A stretch of 64,000 bases of DNA, taken from Dudresnaya verticillata (lineage: Eukaryota). Under the pieces are notes generated by a model, which was given only the letters and a program-made list of their open reading frames with translations, had not been told where the DNA came from and ran no database searches. Numbering within the stretch: the stretch's first letter is position 1; each line of letters begins with the position of its first letter. A program made the position numbers and the translations under genes. Location: contig OZ374563.1 of the NCBI GenBank assembly GCA_977862235.1, positions 1,860,001 through 1,924,000 of the forward strand, in the 5' to 3' direction. Positions 24,682 through 37,051 of this stretch are shown here, one piece after another.

Positions 24682-25356
24682 TGTGGTGAAGCGGCCGTTT
24701 TGAAGTGCGGACGACGGTTGAGCCGACCCGCGCCCGGCGCAGTGGTGAGCTGGCGCCAAAAGCCGAAACGGAGTGCAGCGACACAGTAGCACTGTACGCC
24801 TTGCTGGAGTCTGCGCGCACCACCAATAGGAGTCAAGTAGTTGATTTATTTGTAATTAGGTAATTATAACCATGCTGTACAGTACGTAGTGTCAGCCGGC
24901 CAATAAGAATGCCGAGCATGTCCGCAACGGTGACCGGGACCAGTAGGGCCGGACCCACCTGGTGGACCAGACCCATTGGGGTCTGGGCCACACGGACCGG
25001 ACCGCGGGGCGTATCTCCCAGTATATTAATGGGTGGCCACCGCGAGTCCTACAGTAAACGGGTACGCAACCCTGGGCAAAGTGACTTACCCTAAGCCTTA
25101 CCCTCATACTCCTTTACGGTTTCCCCTCGCCAGACCCGTGCACGGATTCCTCCTACCTCCGTCCCGGTGTAGCTGCCCTGGCACTGTACCGTCCCCCTTG
25201 TCTGTTGCGTCCCTTTACTGCTTACAGGTGTTGCCGCTCGAGGTACTCCCTTCGGTCTACGAACTAAGCTCTACCACCCCGGTGCCGTGTGAGATCACTC
25301 CTTATTGGGATTGCCTGATCAGCTCTCCTTACAGGTGTGCCTTTCACTTCACCACA
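24682..25356 (+). repeat. 3' LTR of element A
   Basis: Direct repeat of 13623-14297. Confidence 0.95.
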
Positions 25357-25425
25357 ACTAGCTTAGGTAGCTCGCGGAAAAGGGGTTGGTAGAGACTTTG
25401 AAAGGCACAGAGCCTAAGTGAAAAG

Positions 25426-27124
25426 TGTAGTGCAACGATATTGCCCCTTTTCGTGTTACCACGTGATCAGCGCGTTACTCGCGAAGGTGTACACACGTGT
25501 GTTCGTTAGGTAGCACACGTGGCCACGCCGGCCCACTTCGGACGCGCGCAGCCCATTCTGGGCCTGCCCGCGCGCGCTCCCATTACTTACATTTCCCTTT
25601 ACAGTAGTCGACACTCAGTGTACACTAGGTACACTGAGGTGTCAGTGTTAGTTTATTGTAGGTAGTGTATGGTAGCCCTAACTATCCTACCGCCGTGGCC
25701 AGGGACTTAAGGCGAGTAGCCCCGGCCACCCTCAGTAAACCAACCCCCAAAGCATGGGCTCTGCAGTTGAGTTCCCCCGCGCCTGACCCACGAGCTCGTT
25801 GCTCGGCGTCACCGCGGGCTAAGGCTAGCGCAACCCGTGCCAACCGCCTGCCCGACGCTCCCTACGCGCACCTCCCTGCTTCTCCTCCCCGCGCCGCGCT
25901 CGGCTCCCTTCATTTCCCCGTTTCTACCTCTCCAGCACACCCCTTCCGGTCCTCCCCTTATCCCTTCATCCTCCCTTCACCTTTGGCGTCTACGCCCCTT
26001 CACTGGTGTTTACACCTACTTTTGGCGTCCACGCCCACACACAACCCGACGGTGTTTACAGTCCGCCGCCGGATTGCTTCCTAGCTCTACCATCGCGTTT
26101 ACGCGATACTCACGCGTGATCGCGCAGCTACCCTCCCGAGCCCGAACTCTCGTGGGTGTTCTACAGCCGCGTACGGCCATGGGTGTTCTACAGCCGCGTA
26201 CGGCCATTGTGTGGTGCAAAGCGTCTGTGACGATGGACCGCCGAGCAGTTCGGGGCTCGGTGGGGAGCTGCGCCCTCGGCGGTAGTAGTCCCACCGTGGG
26301 CGACTTGGTGGTAGTGCAAAGGGGCACGCCTTGGGCGGACTGTAAACGCCCGAGGCGGAAAGGAAGGAAAAGGTGAAGAGAAAGGGAACACGTCAAGGAC
26401 GATGGTGGACGTGGAAGCACGGGAGGTAGACGCTTAGCCGTAGGCAGCGGTAGAATGCGCGCGTGCGGAACGGGGAAGTCTGGACCAAGGCCGGCTTGCC
26501 CGGGCGTTTACTTGTTACGTCTGGGACGGCTTACCTAAGTATAGTACGGCGGTGCGGCGGCGGCGGTGCGTGCGCGTAGCGCGGGAACTCGTGACACGTG
26601 TCGTCCCGAGGCGTGTCTGACAGATTACACGTTGCATGCAGCCGCGCGCCTGATAGATCGCCGTACAGCCCCCTGTGTGGGTGCTTACACGTACACGTGG
26701 ACGCGTGTGCCTTACAGCCGTGCGTGCGCGCGCACTATAGAGCGTGCGCCTTGGATCTAATCTAGTACTTGTCCGATCCCGATCCCATCCGGATCGGGCC
26801 AGCAATGCGAATACCCGCAGCCTTACAGATGCGTATCTTACAGCTTAGGCGATCCAGATAGCCAATCTGGATGCCGGATCCGGATCGCATCCGGATCCGT
26901 GCTACAGCGCCCCGAGGCGCCATGTCGGCCCATCACCGTACAGTGCCCGCGTGGTGCGCGGCGCGCAGTGCACGCACGCGCCTCAGCAAGCCGTCGATGA
27001 CGTGTTCGCGCGCCAACGGCGGTGGTGAGCGCCGGTGGCGGTTTCTCCGTCGGTCGACGTATTTGGTCCGCCCGCTTTCAGCGAAAAAGGGCTCGCCTCC
27101 CCTTGCACCACACATTGCACCACA
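25426..27124. mobile_element. Solo LTR 'E' (about 790 bp), interrupted by solo LTR B1
   Basis: TGTAGTGCAA...TTGCACCACA termini; TSD AAAAG at 25421-25425 and 27125-27129. Confidence 0.8.
26210..27112. mobile_element. Solo LTR 'B1' (903 bp)
   Basis: TGTGGTGCAA...TTGCACCACA; TSD CATTG at 26205-26209 and 27113-27117; inverted copy of B2. Confidence 0.9.
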
Positions 27125-27247
27125 AAAAGGGGGGAAATGGGCGGCGCCACCCAGCTCTCACAGAGCAACCGTCGTGTGGAGGCAAGGCTCGTAAAGCACC
27201 TGAAAGGGAGGTTACGGTGAGTCCGTGAATTCCAGAAAAAGGGTAAA

Positions 27248-28157
27248 TGTGGTGCAAGGGGAGGCGAGCCCTTTTTCGCTGAAAGCGGGCAGACCAAATA
27301 CGTCGACCGACGGAGAAACCGCCACCGGCGTTCACCACCGCCGTTGTCGCGCGAACACGTCATCGACGGCTCACTGGGGCGGGCGCGCACACTGCGCGCC
27401 GCGCACCACGCGGGCACTGTACGGTGATGGCCCGACGTGGCGCCCCGGGGCACTGTAATACGGATCCAGATGGGATCCGGATCCGGTATCCAGATTGGCT
27501 ATCCGGATCGCCTAAGCTGTAAGATGCGCGCCTGTAAGGCTGCGGGTATTCACATTGCTGGCCCGATCCGGATGGGAACGGGATCGGACAAGTATCGGAT
27601 TAGATCCAAGGCGCACGCTCTACAGTACGCGCGCGCGCACGGCTGTAAGGCACACGCGTCCACGTATATGTGTAAGCACCCACACAGGGGGTTGCACAGC
27701 AACCTGTCAGGCGCGCGGCTGCATGCAACGGGTGATCTGTCAGACGCGCCTCGGAACGACACGTGTCCTGAGTTCCCGCGCTACGCACACGCACCGCCGC
27801 CGCTGCATCGCCGTACTATACTTAGGTAAGCCGTCCCAGACGTAACAGTAAACGCCCGGGCAAGCCGGCCTTGGTCCAGACTTCCCCGTTCCGCACGCGC
27901 GTATCCTACCGCTGCCTACGGCTAAGCGTCTACCTCCCGTGCTTCCACGTCTACCATCGTCCTTGACGTGTTCCCTTTCTGTTTCCCTTTCCCTTCCTTC
28001 ACACCTTCCGCCTCGGGCGTCTACAGTCCGCCCAAGGCGTGTTCCTTTGCCCTACCAACAAGTCGCCCACGGCGGGACTACCTACCGCCGAGGGCGCAGC
28101 TACCCACCGAGCCCCGAACTGCTCGGCGGTCCATCGTCTCAGACGTTTTGCACCACA
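27248..28157. mobile_element. Solo LTR 'B2' (910 bp), opposite orientation to B1
   Basis: TSD GTAAA at 27243-27247 and 28158-28162. The empty site is visible in the other LTR-C copy (AAAGGGTAAAGACCCG, about 45234-45249). Confidence 0.92.
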
Positions 28158-28640
28158 GTAAAGACCCGAAACCCACCGTGGGTTCTATTCAGGAGGCCCC
28201 TGCTGCTCAGGGGCCTATTAAGTATACAGAGCCGAAAATTCTCCTACCTCCTATGAGCTATTCTAAGTATTCTAGCTGTAATTATTAATCTAATTGTACT
28301 GTTGTCAGTTATAAATACGGATTAGTGGTAGTACCGCGTCGAGCCGCGTGAGCGGCCACAATTAATTACCCAATGGCAATTCGCCATCAAATGTGGTGCC
28401 AGCAAGGACGCCAGCGAGGCGTGTAAGGAAGTGCCTTTTAGGTCTCTTGTGAACTCAAAGAGTGCACTCAATGAGAAAGCCACAGAGCGGGTACCTGGTA
28501 GCGGTGGTAGAGCGGGAGAGACCCAGAGGGTAGACGAGGGCACGTAACCGGATTAGAAGCACGATACTGAAGATAGTTCACTGGGCGGGCGGTTAACCGG
28601 GCACGGGTGACAAGTGTGCTGCGGTGCCGATAGCTTGGAG

Positions 28641-31600
28641 TGAATAACTTGGCTTGCACAAGCCGTTCAGGTCACGAGGCTCATCGTACAAACGCGTAAC
28701 TTGGCTTGCACAGCCGTTTCTGGCTTGTCGTTCAAACGTTTATACAAGCTGATATTTGTTCTTCTGTTCAATGGAATACTGTTCTGTTGAAGCGTTACAT
28801 TGTTACGGTTAACTTTGTTTTATAGCAGTTCACGGTATTATGTGCAGTGTTCTGTTTATGTTTCTTCGAGTCTTTGTCATCATAGTTTGAATAGCTTTCG
28901 TAGTACTTTGGTCTATTTATACTGACCAAAGCTCGTAGTTCGGATGACCCAGCCATCGACAAACACACACACACTCAACAACAATTGACTGCTTCCTTTT
29001 TTACCACTTGCAGCACTCTACATCCACTGTTCTAACCTGTTTTCCTGCCGCTGCACCCGTCAATTTATTAGTTATGGGCCCAGAACTGCCTTCGCGCCCG
29101 AAGTTCTCCTGGACACTGAAGGACGCTCCATGGACTGATGGTCGTGGTACTCAAGAGGCGTACCTTGACGCCGTCAAGCTATGGAAGTCATTTCACGACA
29201 GGCTCCCTGACATGAATAGCAACAAAATTCCTGCTTCTCTTCAAGGGATTGTGCTACAGTCACAGCTATATGGTCGCGCACAGGACCTAGTCAAAAAGCT
29301 TTCTATGGATGTTATTCAAATTGAAGATGGTGCTCTTGCCATAGCAAAGGCACTACACAAGGATGATCCCCTCGCGGTTGTACATGACGTCTTCCACAAA
29401 TTTATGTCTGTTTTAAATACAACGCGTGGTGAGAATGAAGGATTCAAGAACTTCGAGCAGCGCTTTGATGCACAGTTGAGCCGTTTTAATGCTTCTGCTT
29501 CATCAGCCGAGCTACCGGAATCTCTTAGTTCTTTCTTGCTCTTGGCGAATTCTCGTCTGGACTCAAATCAGCGTGTTTCGATCCTTGCAGCTACTTCTAC
29601 ACGCACGTCTGCAAGAAATGATGCAGAGCCAATTTTGGACAGTATCAAGTATGAAGAAACAGCTTCCATCTTGCGTACATGTGACAAGCCTCGAGAGGTC
29701 CGCAATACTAGTACTGCTTTATCAGGAAACAGTGGGTTTACCAGCTCTCGTTCGAAAGTTAAACGGGGTTATCGGAAACCTATACGTGAGATGACGCCTG
29801 AAGAGATTGCTGATTTGAAAAAACGTTCTACGTGCCGAGCATGCAAGCAAAAAGGTCATTGGGAGGGAGATGCAGAGTGCTCAAAAACTGACTCAAAACC
29901 AAAGTCAGACGACACACAGCAAAAATCACCGAGTGTTTCAGGAAAGTCTCAAACCAAAACTGTGAACTTTAATATGGTTTCTGTTCAGCCTTTAAAAGGC
30001 CTTCCTCTTAATGTCCCCGGTCCACTATTGGACGATGGTGCACCATATGCTGGCATTGGACTGGTGGAGTTAAAATCGCTCGCGCCAGTACTTATTCCTT
30101 CCTGGAATGGAAAACTTCAACCCCTGCCGCCGTCTATATCTGATCGCCCTTATTGGCAATATGGACAGGGATCTCACTCTAGCCCCCCCCCCCGACGCAT
30201 TCTTGGAAGTGTTTATCTCAGTATGCGTAGTGATTCGGGTACTGTGGTGAATGTGAGGCATCTTGTTATTGACGGATGTTCACAGTGGATAATTGGAAAA
30301 AACGTTACAAAGCATTGTAACATTATTCACATTCAAGGGCATTTCCTACAGCTGCCAACATCTGATAAGAATGGGAATCCCGACAAGGTAACAATTGTGA
30401 AACACGATATGTTGGATTATCTACCCTCTAGTAGATTTTTTGTTTCTACACAGCCGTCTCTACATGATGCTCATGTTTCTGCATTGGTATCAAATTCAGT
30501 TAATTTGTCATGGAAGCAACTCAAAGCTGTTATTGACAAAGTTCACCGCCATGTTTGCGGTCACTCAAATTTTTATGATATCAAGACGCTTCTCCAGCGC
30601 AACAAGTTATGGACCCCTGAGTGTGTCTCCTACCTCTCCAAAGTTTTGAACGACTGTAGCTCATGCCACACAACTGACCTTCCTACAAAATCACGCAGTG
30701 TCTCATTGAACAATTTCTCTCGTGGTTTCAACGATTTATTGTTCGTTGATCATTTTTCCCAGAGAATGAGACGACATTTCACGTGATGGATGCGAAGACT
30801 CGGTACTCAGCAGGTGATTGTGCACCTTCGAAAAGCATGCAAGATTCCATCAGTGTATACGAGTCCTGTTGGATATCACCCTTTTGGTCTCCTGTTTCTG
30901 TGCAAGCAGATCCTGCTTTTGATAATGCTGATTTTAAATCACATTTATCTCGGTCTGGAACTTTGTTTCGTCGTGCGCCTCCGCGTCGGCCGAGTAAGAA
31001 CGCTATTGAATCGAAGCATCGAGTCATCAAATCTGTTTTTTACCGTCTTCGTCATGCCAACCCAGAAGCTGATGCCCGCCTGCTTGTACAACAGTCCATC
31101 CGAATTTCCAACGACCTATACGGAAACGATGTTGCATCTTCTCACGAGCTAGCAAAAGGTTATACACGTCCCGTCTGTACTGGTCAAGCTCCGGTTAAAG
31201 TTCCGAATGAAATTATCAAGGCTCATGAAGAGCTTTCCGCAAGGAGAAAACTCACATCCATTCTGCGATCCAAGGCTACCGTTGACAACCCTGTCAAAGT
31301 GGGAGATCTTGTTGAGATCTTTTTGAAACAACCAAACCAAAAACGTGGTGCTTGGACCAAACCCCGTGCTGTTTTATCAATTGACAGACGCGCAAAAACT
31401 GTCACTGTTCCAGGAACTACAGGTCGTACCTTATCTGCTGCTGTCGAAGACATCCGACCTGCACTACCTAGCAGTGCTGATTTTTCAACCTTAATTCAAG
31501 AGGCTATTGATGCCTGTTCTGAAGAGCTACTGGACACATTTGACCAGATGGTCGCCGATAATGATGACGACACTGTGGATACATACCACATAAATGGGAA

Positions 31601-33990
31601 TCAAGATGATGGTAACTTTGAAGACGAAGATGATGTTTCGGACGGGTACGGTGTTACAGAATCTCCTGTTGTAGGAGATGATGAACGTGCTACAGTACAA
31701 GAAGCCACTATTGACAATTATGAAGCTACAGGCACAGTTATTGCCGATGAAGATTTGACATACACGCCTGGTTCTGTTTCTGGTCGTGTTGGTGCCCGGG
31801 AAATTAATTCGCTTTCCCCACCCATTGATGATAGTGAAAAACAAATGGTCACTAGGTCACAAAGTGGAGCAGCAAATGCTGCTGACATCGTGTTACAGCC
31901 TGGTCGATCACTCAGCCGTTCGGAGCAGTTGCTCTTGGAACAATACTATGACAGGTTGGGCTCTAAAGAATTCCTTCTTTATGAAGCTCAAGGGTTGCCC
32001 CCATCCGTTACGCAAAATGCGTACATTACAGAAGAAGAGAGCTTTCTCGGTACCTGCGACACAGTTCCAGTTTCCAAGGTTCCACGCGATGCAAACATAA
32101 TAACAAGCCATGTTTTATATAAGATCAAGGTTCAAGATGATGGCTTCAAGAGATGCAAAGCAAGAATTGCCCCGCATGGTAACAAAGACAGAGAGCGAGG
32201 TAACCTCAAAACGGATTCAGCCTCGTGTCCTCCCCTAGGCTTCCGCATTTTGCTTTCAATAGCCACCCTTTTTTGCTGGTGCTTAACCAAAATTGACGTT
32301 AAGAGTGCATTTCTTCAGTCAGGCCCGGCCATGCGCGATGTTTATGTCATTCCACCCCGGGAATGCATGAAGAAGTCACTATTCTGGTTACTACTCGCTG
32401 CTAGTTATGATCTGGTAAATGCCAATGCAAAATGGCAGCATCACTCGGATTCTACCTTTTTTGAACTTGGGCTGAAGGCAGTTGTCCATCTCCCTCAACT
32501 GTTCTACCTGGTAAGAGATGGTGCGCTCGTGCTTTTTGATAGCAAAGGTGGTTGATGACCTTCTAGTTACAGGTACAAAAGAAGCAAAGAAGTGGTTTAT
32601 TGATGAGCTATGAAAAATATACACTCTTGGAACTATTGTACACCTCCCTGGTACGTTTTCCTTTTTTGGGCTTACCATAACACAAGATGATGAGGGGATA
32701 ATAACAATATGTGCTGATGATAAGTTGGAGAGGCTGACTGCTCATACGCTGAGCCGGGTTCGCAGAAGGCAAGGTGATTCAGTCTTGAACTCTATTGAGA
32801 AATTCCAGTTTGGATCAATGAATGGTTCCTTTGGATTCCTTGGACAGAATTTGAGTCCGTTTGCCGCGTTCTTTTCTAGTTTCATGCAGCAAAGAAGAAG
32901 CTATCCTACAGTACATGACATTATTCGTCAGGATGGGTTGCTGAGGAGACTAAAAAGGATGGGGACGTTATCGCGTTTCTGTACTCCAGCATCAGGGGAC
33001 TTCCCTGTAAGTGTCGCAATATTTTCTGATGCGGCTCGACCAACAACGCATGGACAGCTTGGATATATTGTCGGTTTGTTAATTGGGGAGCTTAAAACAG
33101 GATCCTTCTTTCACGTTTTAGGTTGGCGCTCACACCTATCAAGACGACCCGGCAAGTCTCGTGCTGCTGCTGAAGTTATGGCGGCAAGTGAAGCAATCGA
33201 TGATGGCAAGGCAATTGCTGCTATCTTCTCCATACTATTGCAAGGTGCAGTCCATTTAAGTCTCATTGTGGACTCCAAAGACTTATTTACTTGCCTTTCA
33301 ACTTGCAAAACTCCTCAGGACAAGTCTATTAGTGCAGATGTCCAGCTAATCCGCTACAACTTCGAGACGCATGCTCTTAACAGCGTTGTCTGGATTCCAG
33401 GAAAACTTAATTTTGCGGATGTTCTTACAAAGGTAGACAGCCCTTTGTCTGAGCGTCTTCAGCTACTGATGTTTGATGGAAAGGTCCCTTTTGATTTCAC
33501 GGAATCTGAAGCAAGAACATCGAACCAGTCCTTAGGGTAACAAACGCAAAAGAGGACGAGTGAATAACTTGGCTTGCACAAGCCGTTCAGGTCACGAGGC
33601 TCATCGTACAAACGCGTAACTTGGCTTGCACAGCCGTTTCTGGCTTGTCGTTCAAACGTTTATACAAGCTGATATTTGTTCTTCTGTTCAATGGAATACT
33701 GTTCTGTTGAAGCGTTACATTGTTACGGTTAACTTTGTTTTATAGCAGTTCACGGTATTATGTGCAGTGTTCTGTTTATGTTTCTTCGAGTCTTTGTCAT
33801 CATAGTTTGAATAGCTTTCGTAGTACTTTGGTCTATTTATACTGACCAAAGCTCGTAGTTCGGATGACCCAGCCATCGACAAACACACACACACTCAACA
33901 ACAATTGACTGCTTCCTTTTTTACCACTTGCAACACTCTACATCCACTGTTCTAACCTGTTTTCCTGCCGCTGCACCCATCAATTTATTA
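28641..33990 (+). mobile_element. Ty1/Copia LTR retrotransposon 'F', full-length, very recent
   Basis: 430-bp LTRs (28641-29070, 33561-33990) with 2 mismatches seen; TSD TGGAG; PBS GTTATGGGCCCAG; PPT AAAAGAGGACGAG. Confidence 0.95.
29074..33540 (+). pseudogene. Copia gag-pol (gag, zinc knuckle, PR, IN, RT, RH), with frameshifts near 30780 and 32540 and a stop near 32611
   Basis: CRACKQKGHW, LLDDGA, HRHVCGH..CSSC, KARIAPHG, IDVKSAFLQ, VDDLL, IFSDA and ADVLTK in PR-IN-RT-RH order. Confidence 0.9.
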
Positions 33991-34958
33991 TGGAGACCTA
34001 GTTGGGGCCGGAAGGTGCATACCTTTACTGTTCAGTGACCGCTACGGGAGATACCCTTATATGGTACTCCGACTGTCAGGCAGCACCCCTCATACTGGGT
34101 TATATACACGCCCCCTATCCTAAGCTATAAATTCTAAAATAAATAGACAGATACTAAGCTACTGACCTGCAGGGTGACACTTGGACCAATCGTAGGCTAC
34201 CTATCTTGTCCATGCTGGCGCCCTATAGGTAACGCTATTTGCGCGCATACACGGGGGCAGAGGGCCCACTTCTGTAAGCCCTTCACTGTATTACAAGGCG
34301 CATCGCCCTTACAGCGCACGGTGCTTGTGCGCGCCTTACAGCTTGAATCGCGTGGGCGTCTTACACCTCAATGCGCACAAATGACTTACAGTGAGCCAGC
34401 ACTTCTGCTGCGGCTCATTCTTCCACACGGCCCCCTCATTAAAGCTGAGAGACCCGCGAAGCCAGCAAGGCTGTTTCTATTGGCCCCGTCTTGGGCGAGC
34501 TTGAAATCCCAGTGGGGTATTGGGCCAACGGCTCACTTGTAACCGCCGCCACTGGCGGCCGTTGTGGAACCGTTCACAGTAGTGACAAATCACTTGCTTC
34601 GCCGTCCCAGTCTCGACGGCGACCGTCTTATTATTGTGACGAATCTTTTGTGCCTTCGCGCGGAAAGCCCCAACCGGCTGCATACTTCAGCGGCTTCACA
34701 GCGGCTTCCGCTACAGTTCCTTGGGCACATCCCCACATCGCACCACCATCTCCAACACCTCCGCGCTTTGGTCCGTCGAACCATCTAGGTGTCGCGTCCT
34801 TCTTCCGCTGCGGCGGTCTGCGCACGTTGCAGTAGCGGGACCCGCTGTACCCTGTCGCCACCCGTGCACCTCTTTCTACGGCCGGGCCGTCACGTGCGCA
34901 ATAGTCAAGAATAGCCACTGTGGCTGGATAGAAGACCTGTTCACCCGTGGAAGTCAAG

Positions 34959-37051
34959 ATGAGTTATAGCCAGATGGCTTATGGCGCTGCAGGTTCGAGT
35001 ACCGGTGTGCTGGGCGTTGATGTTGACGAGGTCGGCGTCCCCTTCTCCATCAAGGAGAGTCGCGATTGGCGCGTACGCACCGACTTGACGCACCTGAAAG
35101 CGCATGCGGGCGCTGACCGTTCCGACATTCGCCGTCGCGGGATGCGCAAGGCGCAGCGTCGCACGTGGCATTCGCATGCCCGTGCCCGTTTGTCCTTGTT
35201 GACGGGGTTGACCCGCCGCCTGCCCACCCTCACGGGTCCGTGGCAGTGGGATTTAGCGCATCCGCGCTTTCGCCATGAGGTGCGCTACACAGCCACCTTA
35301 TGCAACAAGCTCAACTTCTAGCTGGAGGGGATCCAACAAGTTCACGATAGTGGCCAGTTCGACCTGGGGATGGTAGCGCATGAGCGCCCGCTGATTCGCA
35401 GCGGAGGGACAACTTCCCTTATACCAAAGCGCGGGTCGTGCGCTGGGATGAAACGTCCAACTTCAAAGACGCGTTGTACAATCCCCAGACGGCCATGCCG
35501 TCCGACCTGGTACGCTTCGAGCGTAGGAATCGCCACCGTACTGGCTGTTTTGTGCCAGCGCACTGCCAAGAGGTCCCCTCCATCAAGCCGGATTTCTATA
35601 AGGTCAAATACCCTCAAGTTACGGGCGACCACGCGGATCTGGAAGTCTCCTCTTCCATGCCAGTGGGCACGCCAACCATCATAGCCTATCTTGGCTTAGA
35701 GATGATGGACGGTCATGCCGACGAAAACCTCTTATGGTCGATATGTCGGCACGAGTGGGTAGTCATGGTGACTCAGGTGTTTGTCTACGAAGCCCGGCGG
35801 GGCCTGCTGTACTTCATCAGCACTCGTCTTCGTGGAGCCATTCGGGCCATAGGCGCGGCCGCCTTCTTTGCCAACTCGGCGGATGCCGAGGATCTGGACC
35901 AGCTATTGGTGTTCTGTGAGCGTATCCGCTGGAGCGGTATCACCAAGCGCAATAGGCACTTGCCAGAGAACACCGGCCCGTGTTCTCTGGACCCCGATGA
36001 GGTGCCTCGTTTTGACGACACCGTCGATGGGGAGACTCAGGGGCCGTATGCCCCAGTGTTGCCCCATCATCATCGGGCTGACGCCGAGATTAGGGATCTG
36101 TTTGGTCGGAGGGGCTTGGCCATCCGTTTGGCTGCCCATTGGGGCATTTATTCCCTCAACCTTCACAGTCTTGCTGACTGGTTGGAGGACGTCTTAGCCG
36201 AATATGAGGCTCATTGGATTGGCACCCCTGGTTCCATTGAGCGTCTCCTGGCTCATCTGGAGAAGTTGCCCCCATTGGGCGGCCTAAAGGAGGAGCCGGG
36301 TGTCCAGATCAAGAGAGAGCCTGGCTCTAAGGTTCGCCGCGGCATCGGCTACGGGAAGCCGGGTTCTTCCGCCCAAGGCTCGTCCGGAGCCTTCCTGGCG
36401 CCTGACGCTCGTAAAGCCACTGCGGCTGATGCGTCTAAGATTCCGCGCGAAGAGCCGTCGGCTGGGGTCTCTAACGAGGGGTTAACTATATCCTCCAAGA
36501 CCACCGGCGGTCCGGCTCAGCCACCGGCTTCTCGAGTTGGAGTCCCTCTGCGCTCCGTGCTGCCAGGCTCCATGCCTACTTCTAGCGGCGCGTTACCACG
36601 CGTGGCGCCATCTGGGTCGTTGCCGCCGCAGCCGCCTGCTACAGGCGAGGGGGTGGAGGCTTCGTCAGGGCCAAGCCCTACAGTGGCACCGCCGCCTATG
36701 TCGAGTCAGGCTGAGCTGATTTCGGATGGGGCCAAGGAGGTTTCCTCGGCGCCTCAGAGCGACGAGCCGATGGCTAAGGACGACTTGGTCGTCAAGACGG
36801 AACTGGTCTTCAAGGAGGAGGAAGAGTTGGCTCCTGTGGAGGGCGATGTTACGCCGATGGATGTGGACCCGACGACAGCCAACGAGGCTCAAGGAACGGC
36901 AATGGAGGGTACCCGCCGGGGTCGTGGACTGCGTCATGGCCAGGGTCGGCGGATCATCCGCGAGGTGCGCCGCATCGTGACGACGCGGGCGCCTTCTGCG
37001 CCTAACCCGCCTCTTGGTGATGACGAGGTCATTGACCTCCTATCGGATTAG
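34959..37051 (+). pseudogene. Antisense extra ORF of element C, with a stop at 35319 and a frameshift near 35430
   Basis: Same position and orientation relative to the 3' LTR as in element A; shared motifs EV....V.TPT..AY and EW. Confidence 0.7.

Larger units (their letters stand above)
13623..25356 (+). mobile_element. Ty3/Gypsy chromovirus 'A', full-length, recent
   Basis: 675-bp LTRs (13623-14297, 24682-25356) with TG...CA ends and about 6 mismatches counted by eye. TSD ACTAG at 13618-13622 and 25357-25361; PPT AAGGAGGGGGG before 24682. Confidence 0.95.
28422..34295. mobile_element. Solo LTR 'D' (about 520 bp), interrupted by a Copia element
   Basis: TGTAA...TTACA termini; TSD AGGCG at 28417-28421 and 34296-34300. 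The empty site GAGGCGCATCG is seen at about 45488-45498. Confidence 0.85.

Noticed and set aside
26210..28157. Long inverted repeat read as the TIRs of a MITE, foldback or DIRS-like element
   Set aside because: Each arm has its own TG...CA ends and its own 5-bp TSD, so they are two independent solo LTRs.
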